Virus record (IMG/VR): IMGVR_UViG_3300042401_001747
Reading direction: 5' to 3' (one strand)
DNA length: 64,000 bases
Source of the DNA: a virus
Below are positions 18,060 through 27,142 of the stretch, piece by piece. Below the pieces are notes generated by a model. That model was given only the letters and a program-made list of their open reading frames with translations, was not told the origin of the DNA and did no database searches. The position numbers and the translations under genes are program-made. How positions within the stretch are numbered: position 1 is the first letter of the stretch; every line of letters begins with the position of its first letter.

Positions 18060-19514
18060 ATGCCTGGCGTAGTTATATCAACTTCAGTAAGAACCGGTCC
18101 TTCGACCACAACAGTACGCGAGTCGTCACAGTTGTTTGTCGTAGGCCTGACAGAGAGAGGCCCTTCAGACGAGCCTGTACTCATCCAAAACCTGGGAGAG
18201 TTCGAGGACGTGTTTGGAGGCTACCTAGCCGGTACCTACACTCACTCAACCCTAGAAACATTTTTTGAAGAAGGTGGTACACGGGCTTACGTTGCAAGAG
18301 CCGTTGGAGCATCTGCGACAGTGGGAAGCCTTACGCTTTACGACAGTGCAGAACCCGTTATCACTCTTACCGCAAACGGAGCGGGCCCATGGAGCGCAGA
18401 TGTTGAAATCGTAGTCACTCAGCCTACGGTAACTACGTTTAAAATTGACATCTGGTACGACGGAGCACAAAAGTACTCAACAGGAACAGTGTCTACGTCA
18501 TCCCAGGCAGCGGGAAGAATAAATCTCAGCGCAATAGCCCAAAGATACGTAAACGCAACAGTAAACAGCACGACCCTCATCCCGGACGCTGTTGGTTTAA
18601 CCCCTCTCACTACGGGGGTATCAAACAATAACCTAGTTAACCAATCTGCCTATGAATCAAAATTGGGGCTCTTTAATGACGCTCTTGGTTCTGGTGCAGT
18701 AGTTTGTCCAGAAAATTCCAGCGACGCAATGTCGGCTGCTTTAATTACGCATGCAAATACATACAGCAGAATTGCTCTTTTGTTCGCTGGAGAAAACGAC
18801 TCTGTTGCTACGGTCAAAACAACAGCACTTACGCTCCAAGCTGAAGACGGTGCAGAACACGCAGCCCTGTACTACCCATGGGTAGAGGTTCCAACTAGTG
18901 TTCCAGGAGTTACTCGATTTATTCCACCAGTGGGATATGTTGCCGGCAAGCGGGCGGTTGCTCACAACCAAACTGGCCCACACCTTCCTGCAGCTGGTCT
19001 CATTTCTGCAGCTGGATTCGTGGTTGGCTTAAGTGCTGACATCAACAAATCAGTTGGTGACGACTTGGATGCCAATAACGTAAACCCAATCAGAATCATT
19101 CAAAACACAATAAGAATATACGGTGCACGTTCACTGTCGTCTGACATTGACAACTTCCGCTACATCACCCAGCAGGACGTTGTAAATACAATCGTTACAG
19201 AGTGTTACCGTTCTATTGAAGATGTTGTATTCAGTTCCATCGACGGCAGAAATACTATTTTTGCTAACATTGAGTCGCGATTAATATCAATTTTGTCGGT
19301 CATGCGTGGCATTGGGGCTCTTTACCCAGCTTTTGATGCCAATGGCCGCCAACTTGATAACGGTTATGTTGTGAAGTGCGATTCTTCGCTTAACCCAACA
19401 TTGCAGTTGTCTGAAGGATTGGTCAAAGCGAAAGTTGGCGTTCGCGTCAGCAGCGTCGGTGACAGAATCGAAATCGATATTGTCAAGTCAAACCTAACCT
19501 CAACAGTGGTTTAA
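18060..19514 (+). CDS. Contractile tail sheath protein
   Basis: MPGVVI, FVVGLTERGP, FFEEGG..AYVAR, AALYYPWV, PPVGYVAG, VNPIR..IYGARSL. Confidence 0.95.
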   Translation: MPGVVISTSVRTGPSTTTVRESSQLFVVGLTERGPSDEPVLIQNLGEFEDVFGGYLAGTYTHSTLETFFEEGGTRAYVARAVGASATVGSLTLYDSAEPVITLTANGAGPWSADVEIVVTQPTVTTFKIDIWYDGAQKYSTGTVSTSSQAAGRINLSAIAQRYVNATVNSTTLIPDAVGLTPLTTGVSNNNLVNQSAYESKLGLFNDALGSGAVVCPENSSDAMSAALITHANTYSRIALLFAGENDSVATVKTTALTLQAEDGAEHAALYYPWVEVPTSVPGVTRFIPPVGYVAGKRAVAHNQTGPHLPAAGLISAAGFVVGLSADINKSVGDDLDANNVNPIRIIQNTIRIYGARSLSSDIDNFRYITQQDVVNTIVTECYRSIEDVVFSSIDGRNTIFANIESRLISILSVMRGIGALYPAFDANGRQLDNGYVVKCDSSLNPTLQLSEGLVKAKVGVRVSSVGDRIEIDIVKSNLTSTVV

Positions 19515-19530
19515 ACAGAGGAAGTTACCC

Positions 19531-20028
19531 ATGTCAAAAGTAGCGCAAAGACAAGTACTGGCAACAATAGTTCCAAGCACTTTCAGCGATAATGCCAAAC
19601 AGCAAACCAACGTGCAGGCCAACCTGCCGAAGTGGGAAGGATTCCGCTTTGCTCAGGTTTCAGGTGGCGAGATAACAGCATCCGTAGAGAAAATCTACGA
19701 AGGCGGAAAGTCTAGACCGACAGTCCTGTGTGCCCCTTCAGAAATAGGCGACATCACGCTGACTGCTCATTACGATGACGATATGAATACCTCACTTACA
19801 AGTGCTGGTATTGGACGCAAAATCAAAGACTTGCGTCGATTTGTCGGAACGGCCTACTTCAACCTTACAGTATCTGTTTACGACTGCGATATCAAGGACC
19901 CAACCAACGACCGCATTTACACAAATGCACTGCTTGTTGGAATGACCGAGCCAGAAGGTGACTCGTCATCTGGAGCTCCAGCCACGTTTGCATTAACGTT
20001 CGCAATCTCAGACGTAGACGCCGCTTAA
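19531..20028 (+). CDS. Tail tube protein
   Basis: Follows sheath; FAQVSGGE, EIGDITLT, EPEGDSSS..ATFALTF. Confidence 0.85.
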   Translation: MSKVAQRQVLATIVPSTFSDNAKQQTNVQANLPKWEGFRFAQVSGGEITASVEKIYEGGKSRPTVLCAPSEIGDITLTAHYDDDMNTSLTSAGIGRKIKDLRRFVGTAYFNLTVSVYDCDIKDPTNDRIYTNALLVGMTEPEGDSSSGAPATFALTFAISDVDAA

Positions 20029-20034
20029 ATACGC

Positions 20035-20070
20035 TAGTTGCAACGCCGGGCAATATGTCTGTGCTAGCTT
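20035..20070 (+). promoter_or_regulatory. Putative promoter TAGTTGCA-N22-TAGCTT driving a leaderless tail chaperone mRNA
   Basis: Hexamer ends 6 nt before ATG 20077; TGn extended -10. Confidence 0.65.
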
Positions 20071-20076
20071 CTCAGC

Positions 20077-20628
20077 ATGAGCGATAATCCCCTGTACACG
20101 ACCGAAGACTCCGACGACGTTAAGAGCAGCAAAAAGGCTGTTCAGCGCGATGGACTTACTTCTTCTGTAAAAGAAGAGACACAACTTGACCGTTTGCGTT
20201 CTGTTGTAAGAAAGAAAGTTGAACGCCCTGTTGTTCATATTCCTGTCACAGAACGTGATGGCGTGAGCATTAAGGTCAGCCCAAACATTACTCAGTCACA
20301 GATGAAAAACTGGAGAAAATCTGCTGGCGAAGACTCACGAAATGGTCTTGATGCCACCAAATTTGCCTGCCTGGTTATTGGTAATACGACCATAGGCATC
20401 TGTATGGACGATGAAGAAATCTATGACGAGAGTGGCAATAACCTAAACTTTGCTCACCCGTTGGTTTTGGAAATGACAGACACTACCCGTCCAGTTCCAG
20501 ACGCCGTGCGTGCCATGTTTGGTGTTGACCCTCATATAGAATCAGCCGCTTTGGCAATCCTGGACGCCGCTGGATATTCAGATACTGTTGCCGCGGTGGA
20601 CCCTACGAAGGAATCTTCGACGAACTAG
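20077..20628 (+). CDS. Tail assembly chaperone (gpG-like)
   Basis: Between tube and tape measure genes; ends ..VDPTKESSTN. Confidence 0.8.
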   Translation: MSDNPLYTTEDSDDVKSSKKAVQRDGLTSSVKEETQLDRLRSVVRKKVERPVVHIPVTERDGVSIKVSPNITQSQMKNWRKSAGEDSRNGLDATKFACLVIGNTTIGICMDDEEIYDESGNNLNFAHPLVLEMTDTTRPVPDAVRAMFGVDPHIESAALAILDAAGYSDTVAAVDPTKESSTN

Positions 20629-20792
20629 TTGAAGATTCCGTAGTCATCTCCGCAGCAAGACTCGGAGAACTTTTCCACGTTAATCCTTTGGAACTTATGA
20701 ACTTTGACGATAATGACTGGTTGGTCCTTCTCGCCTGTGCTAAAGTAATAAGTAACGACCGCGAAGAGCAAGAGCGCAAGTCGAAGACTTAG
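20598..20792 (+). CDS. -1 frame extension of tail chaperone (gpT-like; fusion 20077..20792)
   Basis: Open -1 frame ..ELVEDSVVISAARLGELFHVNPLELMNFDDNDWLVLLACAKVISNDREEQERKSKT* with no suitable start of its own; 12-bp hairpin at 20610-20639. Confidence 0.75.
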   Translation, partial: GPYEGIFDELVEDSVVISAARLGELFHVNPLELMNFDDNDWLVLLACAKVISNDREEQERKSKT

Positions 20793-20859
20793 GGACACTG
20801 CTCCCATAGCTTGACCGCCTTAGACTCACGTGATGTAAAAATCACTTTGGGCAGGCTAT

Positions 20860-23800
20860 ATGGCAGACGAAAATATTAATGTAAAAATTAAATTTGATGC
20901 CCAAACTGGTGAAATTCGCCGTGCAATTGCGGAAATTGCAGTTTTACACAAAAGACTAGACAAGCTTTCTAGCGGCAGAACAGACAAATTTGCCAACAGT
21001 ACAAACAAAAGCTTAAAAAGCGTCACTAATGGCTGGAAGAGAAGCTTTGACTTTATAGATAAAGGCGCAAAGATGGCAGGCAAAGGCCTGACCAAGTTCC
21101 TGGGAATGTCCGTCAAGGGTGTTGTTGCTGAAATGGCAATACTTGGCGCAACAATGATTGGTATTCACGCATTATTTGCTGCAGGACAATTTCTAGTTAA
21201 AGCCTACAGGGGTGCCATGCAGATGCTTTCGGCGGGCGCGGCGGGGGTGGTCGTTGCAATATCTGCAGCCTCAGCGGCAATACGAGAACAGCAAGCAGCA
21301 ATATACGCCTATAGAGGCAAAGGTGCTCCAGCTTTTGGGTCAGCAATGAATCAGACTCGCATGGCGATGAGAAACCTACAAGCCGACGCGGCTTTGTCCA
21401 GTCTCGGAATAGAAGCACTCAACAAGGCATATGGAAATATGTCGAAGTCAATGAACACCGGACAAATAAACCAAAGCGGTGGAGCAATCAAAGCTTTGAT
21501 GGACTTTGGTTCGGCAGGTCAAGACCCAGCTAAAGGGCTTGAGCAAGTATCTATAGTTATAGCCGCACTTTCTGACAAAAAGAAAAACATCAGTGACGTC
21601 ATAACTGAGGCAAAAAAACTAGGTCCAGAAATGGAATCCGCCTTAAAAAAGGCAAACGTCAAGACCAAGAAACAATTCCAAGAACTTCTGATGTCCGGAG
21701 ACCTTGCTAAGAAGGGTGGAGTTTCTGGTCAGTTTGACGCAGTGAACAATACTTTGATTAGCCAAATGAAAGGGTACTTCACTCGTCTACGTGGTGAGTT
21801 CGCAGATTTTGGTGACCAGTTTCTTGAGCCGTTAAAAGTTGCATTCGCTCGCGTATTTGACAAAGTCAGAACTGACTTAATGCGTGTTTTTGCTGCAATT
21901 CAGTACAGCTTTGGTGCAGAGGAAGGCATAAATAACTTTGCAAGCGCTATAGAAAAAGCATCTGGCTGGCTAGTAAAAATGATTCGCGAATACCTACCTG
22001 CCGCAATTGGCATGTTTGACAGAATCGGTGATTGGTATACCAAATTCAAACGTGGTTGGAATCTTGTTCTAGATGCAACACGTCCGCTCATCGACGGAGC
22101 AAAGGTTCTGTATAAGGCCTTGGACCCGGTATGGGATTCCATCAAGGGGGGCGCTCAAAACCTTACGCTTTTCAAGGACCTCCTGGAAGAAAATAGTTTT
22201 TTTGTTGAAGAGTTCGGTCAACGCATAGCAGACATCATCGACACCCTTTCCGAATACTTTATGGGTCTCAAGAAAAACTTTGCCCAGATGGCTCCATTTA
22301 TAAACGACCTTTTGGCGGGTCTTAATCAGGTGTTTAAAGTTCTTACCGGAATCATGACTGTTGGAGCTGGAAGCGGTCTCGGAGCAGCTCTTGCTCCACT
22401 AATGGGTGCTGCTGTTTTGGGAAGAGGATTGGCCGGAGTCAAGGGCCGCTTAATGCCCAAGTCTGGAAATCACACTCAAAACATGAACGTAACCGCTACC
22501 AACGTAAGCATTAATAATGGTGCTGGTCCAAGGAATGCCGGGACAACAAATGAAGGCCGCAGAGTTTCTTCGGGCAGTACCGCTTCTCCCATGGTTTATC
22601 CTGGTAGTAGCGCTTTAGGAAAAATTTCTGCACCTTCTGTTTATGGTCCGTCATCTCAATTAAGTGTTTTTAAAGCTAGCACCAATAAAGAAGCATTTGC
22701 CGCTATGCGAGACACTCCAAACCGGAGATTTATTCAAAATATCCGAGACGGTAGCAAGGTACAGGTCCGTGGAAGCGACTTCGAGACAAGACACTCAGAA
22801 AGATTTGCGGAAAGACAAGCAATGGGACGAGGAGCTGGCTATGCGGCTTTTGGGCAGCCAAAGGACCCATATTCGTCGCCTACCATTATGGGTCGTGACG
22901 GAAAGCCTCAACCAAACCCTCAGTTTAATCTTGCAAAGTCTGCTCGTTTTCGTGCCGAACAATCTCTCAACGGTCGCTCCAGACGCGAATTGCATCAAAT
23001 AGCAGCAGACAAGGGAGTCACTGGAATAACCAAGAAATCTACAAGAGAAGAAATCAATAGACAAATACTTGCAAAAAAGGGTTCAGTTGCAGAGTTTAAA
23101 AACGACCCTCGCCCTGTTGGGATAGGAACCGGGATTAGTAATGACGCTAAACGTTTAAAAAGCTTTGCTAAAGGTGGGGCCAGCAGGGTTAAGTATGGTG
23201 GGGCGCGAGCATTGGGTGGCTACAGGGGCGCAATGTCTTTTTTACAATCTGGTGCATACGACCCTGAAACAGGAGAATACAAAAACACAAAAGAACAACG
23301 TGATGAAATAAACAAAAGATACGAAAAAGCCACCAGCGCCGATACAAATCGTAACCGTGGCAGCAGAATGTTCGCAAAATTAAATCGAGCTCGCGAAACC
23401 AATAGAATGCTGCGAAATGATAGCAAATTTGGAGCCGGCACAAAAAAGTTCAATAACAGTATGGGGGCAAGGGCTGGTGTAGGAATAGGACTTGGAATGG
23501 CAAGTCAATACGCTCCAGAAGAAATGCGTGGAGCCATGGCTCTTGGAGCAACTGTTGGCACCATTAACCCAATGCTTGGACTCGGTGTTGCTGGAATAGG
23601 TGGAGCCATGAAGGCTCAGGGCGCAATGAAAGGTGCCCTGTCTGGTGCTGCTGGTGGAGCGGCTCTTGGCGGAATGTTGGGACCACATGGTGCGGCGATT
23701 GGTGCCGGAATAGGTCTACTTGTCGGCGGAATAATGGGAGCCGTAAATAAGGGTAAAGCTCAACTTGCTGCGGCTAAAGCGACAGTCATGGAAAGCCTCG

Positions 23801-25653
23801 GAGAGCTTTACATGGGAACCATGAAAAGCGCAAATGCAAAATTCCAGGAAAATTATGAAGCTTCTCAGAGAGGCGTAAGCTTAGCCGGAAAAAGTGCCAC
23901 CATGCTTGGGGTTGGAAAGGGGTTTGCAAAAACTCAAAGCCGTATTCGCGGTTCCGTGGAAGGCGCAATAGCGGGCGCGGGCGGAAGCTACATGTTGGGC
24001 GGCAAGCAGGAATTTGCCAACCCAGTAGCAGCCCTTGAGGCGTATTACAAGACTGCAGAAGGAAGCAAGGTCAGCGAAGAAGACAGAAAGACGCAGAAAA
24101 AAAAGGCAACCGGCACGCTGCGAACACTGCTGGAACAAACCGACCCAGCCGTTCAAAAGCAACTTGGAGAAATAGATAAACAAAACAGTGCAAGAATAGA
24201 TGCGTTATCTAGAGCTACTGGTAAGAGTGGTGCAGAGCTAGAGCAAATGGCTAAAACAATGGGTGTTGACCTTTACAACCCAACCGTACAATACACCGAA
24301 CTTTTAGGAAAATTTACTGCAGGCATTATAAAAACAGGAGCAGCCCTCAATGACGCGCTGACTGATAATTTTCTTGCCGGAGCAAATCCCTTCAAGGAAA
24401 CCAGAGAAAAAGATGAAAGTCAAGCCGCTCTTAATCAAAACATAGCTGGTTTAGGTGATGTTCTCCGTGGCAAAGGTAGCAAAGCTGAGAAATCGAAAGC
24501 CATTGGTGCATCTATGGAGCAGCAATTTGCGCAGCTGCTAGCAGTAAATGGTGGAGACGCTACAAAAGCTTATCTGTCCTATAACGAAATGTATGGACAA
24601 GGAGAAACGGGGGGTCTTTTTGCAAAAGGCGCGGCATTGGAGGGACAAGGAAAAACTGTCCTGCAAGACAAAGACGTTATAGCGTCTCAAGCAGCCATAA
24701 AAGAGGGGGCAGTAGGTAACGCCGCTGAGCAAATACGTGCAAGATTAGCAGATAAAGGAATGACCGTTGCCCCAGGTGTCTTGGAAGCAAAACTATCCGG
24801 AAAGACTCCTCAAGAACTAACAGGCATATTAGAGAATATTTCAAATTTTGACAAAGACAGTAGCGTTCCAAAGGGTGGTGAACAAAACAAACTGAAAAAA
24901 GCAATAGGTGGAGAAACCGCGGCAGACGTAACGACAGGTCTTGAGGGCCTTCTGGGAAGCGGCGTAACTGTTACTGCCGAAGACCCAGACAAGCTTAACA
25001 AAATCGCCGATGCTGCTACTGATTTTTCTACGGCTGCAAAAGGCTTAGAAACAGCAGTCACCACCTTTAACACCAATATGGATGGCTTCTTTAAGGCTCC
25101 TCTCGGCAACGCACCGGGATGGTGGTCGGCCGGACTAAAGGTTACTGGTACGGGTGACGATATGCGTCTAATGCCTGGAGACACTTCAACCCCTCGCGGC
25201 GGTGCAATCGGAGACACTGCAACAAGCAAGCTTTCTCAAACAATGGGCCGTCACGCCGCCATGAACGGTCAGTTGACAGGAAAAAGAACAGTCACTTCTT
25301 CTCTTAGAGACTATGCACTTGGTTCAATCAACTCAGACCACGCAACTGGTTCTGCTTACGACCTCACAGGACAGAACCTTGGTCAATACGCAAAGCTTGT
25401 TCATGCAAATGGAGGCTTTGCTGAGTTCCACGGTTCCATGGCTAATCGTCATCTTCATGTTGTTCCTGGTGCCGGAAAGATGGGCGACACAGCAACATCT
25501 ACGCCAGTTTCTACAGCATCTAGTTCCGGTGGCGGAACCAATAATTACTATACTTTTGAAATAAATGGCAACAACGCTGCTCCTGAGGTAATCGCCAACA
25601 TGGTCATGGCCAAAATTCAAGAAAAAGAACGTTCTAACAGGCAGAGAACATAA
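20860..25653 (+). CDS. Tape measure protein with C-terminal M15-like Zn peptidase
   Basis: 1597 aa, Ala/Gly-rich helical, follows chaperone; C-terminal TSSLR..SDHATGSAYD..HLHV. Confidence 0.9.
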   Translation: MADENINVKIKFDAQTGEIRRAIAEIAVLHKRLDKLSSGRTDKFANSTNKSLKSVTNGWKRSFDFIDKGAKMAGKGLTKFLGMSVKGVVAEMAILGATMIGIHALFAAGQFLVKAYRGAMQMLSAGAAGVVVAISAASAAIREQQAAIYAYRGKGAPAFGSAMNQTRMAMRNLQADAALSSLGIEALNKAYGNMSKSMNTGQINQSGGAIKALMDFGSAGQDPAKGLEQVSIVIAALSDKKKNISDVITEAKKLGPEMESALKKANVKTKKQFQELLMSGDLAKKGGVSGQFDAVNNTLISQMKGYFTRLRGEFADFGDQFLEPLKVAFARVFDKVRTDLMRVFAAIQYSFGAEEGINNFASAIEKASGWLVKMIREYLPAAIGMFDRIGDWYTKFKRGWNLVLDATRPLIDGAKVLYKALDPVWDSIKGGAQNLTLFKDLLEENSFFVEEFGQRIADIIDTLSEYFMGLKKNFAQMAPFINDLLAGLNQVFKVLTGIMTVGAGSGLGAALAPLMGAAVLGRGLAGVKGRLMPKSGNHTQNMNVTATNVSINNGAGPRNAGTTNEGRRVSSGSTASPMVYPGSSALGKISAPSVYGPSSQLSVFKASTNKEAFAAMRDTPNRRFIQNIRDGSKVQVRGSDFETRHSERFAERQAMGRGAGYAAFGQPKDPYSSPTIMGRDGKPQPNPQFNLAKSARFRAEQSLNGRSRRELHQIAADKGVTGITKKSTREEINRQILAKKGSVAEFKNDPRPVGIGTGISNDAKRLKSFAKGGASRVKYGGARALGGYRGAMSFLQSGAYDPETGEYKNTKEQRDEINKRYEKATSADTNRNRGSRMFAKLNRARETNRMLRNDSKFGAGTKKFNNSMGARAGVGIGLGMASQYAPEEMRGAMALGATVGTINPMLGLGVAGIGGAMKAQGAMKGALSGAAGGAALGGMLGPHGAAIGAGIGLLVGGIMGAVNKGKAQLAAAKATVMESLGELYMGTMKSANAKFQENYEASQRGVSLAGKSATMLGVGKGFAKTQSRIRGSVEGAIAGAGGSYMLGGKQEFANPVAALEAYYKTAEGSKVSEEDRKTQKKKATGTLRTLLEQTDPAVQKQLGEIDKQNSARIDALSRATGKSGAELEQMAKTMGVDLYNPTVQYTELLGKFTAGIIKTGAALNDALTDNFLAGANPFKETREKDESQAALNQNIAGLGDVLRGKGSKAEKSKAIGASMEQQFAQLLAVNGGDATKAYLSYNEMYGQGETGGLFAKGAALEGQGKTVLQDKDVIASQAAIKEGAVGNAAEQIRARLADKGMTVAPGVLEAKLSGKTPQELTGILENISNFDKDSSVPKGGEQNKLKKAIGGETAADVTTGLEGLLGSGVTVTAEDPDKLNKIADAATDFSTAAKGLETAVTTFNTNMDGFFKAPLGNAPGWWSAGLKVTGTGDDMRLMPGDTSTPRGGAIGDTATSKLSQTMGRHAAMNGQLTGKRTVTSSLRDYALGSINSDHATGSAYDLTGQNLGQYAKLVHANGGFAEFHGSMANRHLHVVPGAGKMGDTATSTPVSTASSSGGGTNNYYTFEINGNNAAPEVIANMVMAKIQEKERSNRQRT

Positions 25654-27134
25654 TGGCACTAAATAGCATCTCATACATAACTATCGGCTATACCGAAACA
25701 GACAACGCAAGCGTGCGAAAAGGGTATTCCATAAAAAAGCTTTTCAGGCAAACGGAAAACACAAACACCCCCATGTATCCTGCGTCATACACTCAAGTTT
25801 CTGCCCAGAAGTATTGGCTCCCATTCCTAAGCGGTTCTCAACAAGACTTCAACTACATCGAATATACGGCAGGCGATGAATATCTGTGGGACGATGATGA
25901 CAATCTAAGAGCCCCACAGATACCATACTCAAACCCTAAAACTACAAAATACAATAATTATGTAACCGGTCACAAAATTGTTTTTGCAGGCAATATCTAT
26001 GTAGCAACCCAGTACACATTTGAGTGGGGTCTCACTAAATTTCAAAGCAACGAAAATCCATACAAGCAATCACAAATTAAAAAATGGCGCAAATTCACGG
26101 ATACCGACGAAAATTGGCCTCAATACTGGTATCACCCTCTTCTTAAATTGTTTTTTCTTTTGGATTCCACGGACGCAATAGCTGAACTTCCTAATTTTGA
26201 CGAAGCATCACAATCAAAATGGGATGGTTTTGTTGGCGATTCAGCAGACATGAATCTTGAAAATTTTGACTCCGCCCAAATTAGAGAACTAATATCCCAA
26301 GGAACTTCTGCTACGGCTGCAACAAGCTTGGTAAATTCTCTGTCTACAAGGAATAGCGCGTTTATGACTGCATATGTCACTAGCGCTACGGCAACAAAAA
26401 GTGCAACAATTTCTGTTTCTTCACCCGTATCAACCGTGAAATCATCATCGTTGCCAGATTTGCCAAAGATGATTCAGCGCAGGGCAACGTCTAACTCTAC
26501 CGAAAAAACTGTATTAGATGAATACACGTTCAACTTACGGCCTAACAATATCTCATACAGCAATATCGGAGTTACATGGACGGAAATTGACCGTGTAAAC
26601 AATTACGGATTAGTTGATTACAAAAACAATAAGCTTATGAAAATTTCATTTGAATTTGTTGTCGAAGAGCATTCTGGTGGAAAGTCAAGCATCCACGAAT
26701 CATGTGAAGACCAGCTTGCAAAACTACAGAGAATGGCGAACACTCCTGAACTTGTAACCTTTAGGAATTTTGACTCACTGTTTAGTGGCAGCACAAAAGT
26801 AATAGAAGAAAAAAGCTACAGGGAATGGGCGATTTTTGATATATCAATCTCTTCCATTCAAAGAACTCCTCTCACTTCCACGTCTAATGGAGGAAGCATA
26901 AGTCGCGCGACCGTCAGTATGACAATCCAAGAAGTTCGCCTTACTCCGGACAATGTTATTTTCATGCCAAAACTTCGTAAAGTTCCCCGCGTGCCAAACG
27001 CTCCAGGGGATACTCCTGACCCAGAATTGTGTACCGAACTAGCAACCGATTCTTCTCCAACATCTCGGGAAGGCGGAATCAAACTTAGTCCGTGCTGGTA
27101 CAAGAACCGCGGGCTTCCCGTTCCTGCGGAGTGA
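25653..27134 (+). CDS. Baseplate / tail tube initiator-like protein
   Basis: Follows TMP; C-terminal YTFNLRPNNISYS..ISFEFVV..ISRATVSMTIQE tube-like domain. Confidence 0.6.
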   Translation: MALNSISYITIGYTETDNASVRKGYSIKKLFRQTENTNTPMYPASYTQVSAQKYWLPFLSGSQQDFNYIEYTAGDEYLWDDDDNLRAPQIPYSNPKTTKYNNYVTGHKIVFAGNIYVATQYTFEWGLTKFQSNENPYKQSQIKKWRKFTDTDENWPQYWYHPLLKLFFLLDSTDAIAELPNFDEASQSKWDGFVGDSADMNLENFDSAQIRELISQGTSATAATSLVNSLSTRNSAFMTAYVTSATATKSATISVSSPVSTVKSSSLPDLPKMIQRRATSNSTEKTVLDEYTFNLRPNNISYSNIGVTWTEIDRVNNYGLVDYKNNKLMKISFEFVVEEHSGGKSSIHESCEDQLAKLQRMANTPELVTFRNFDSLFSGSTKVIEEKSYREWAIFDISISSIQRTPLTSTSNGGSISRATVSMTIQEVRLTPDNVIFMPKLRKVPRVPNAPGDTPDPELCTELATDSSPTSREGGIKLSPCWYKNRGLPVPAE

Positions 27135-27142
27135 TATAGATT

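Noticed and set aside
20625-20807. Minus-strand 60-aa ORF
   Set aside because: Shadow of the plus-strand -1 frame chaperone extension
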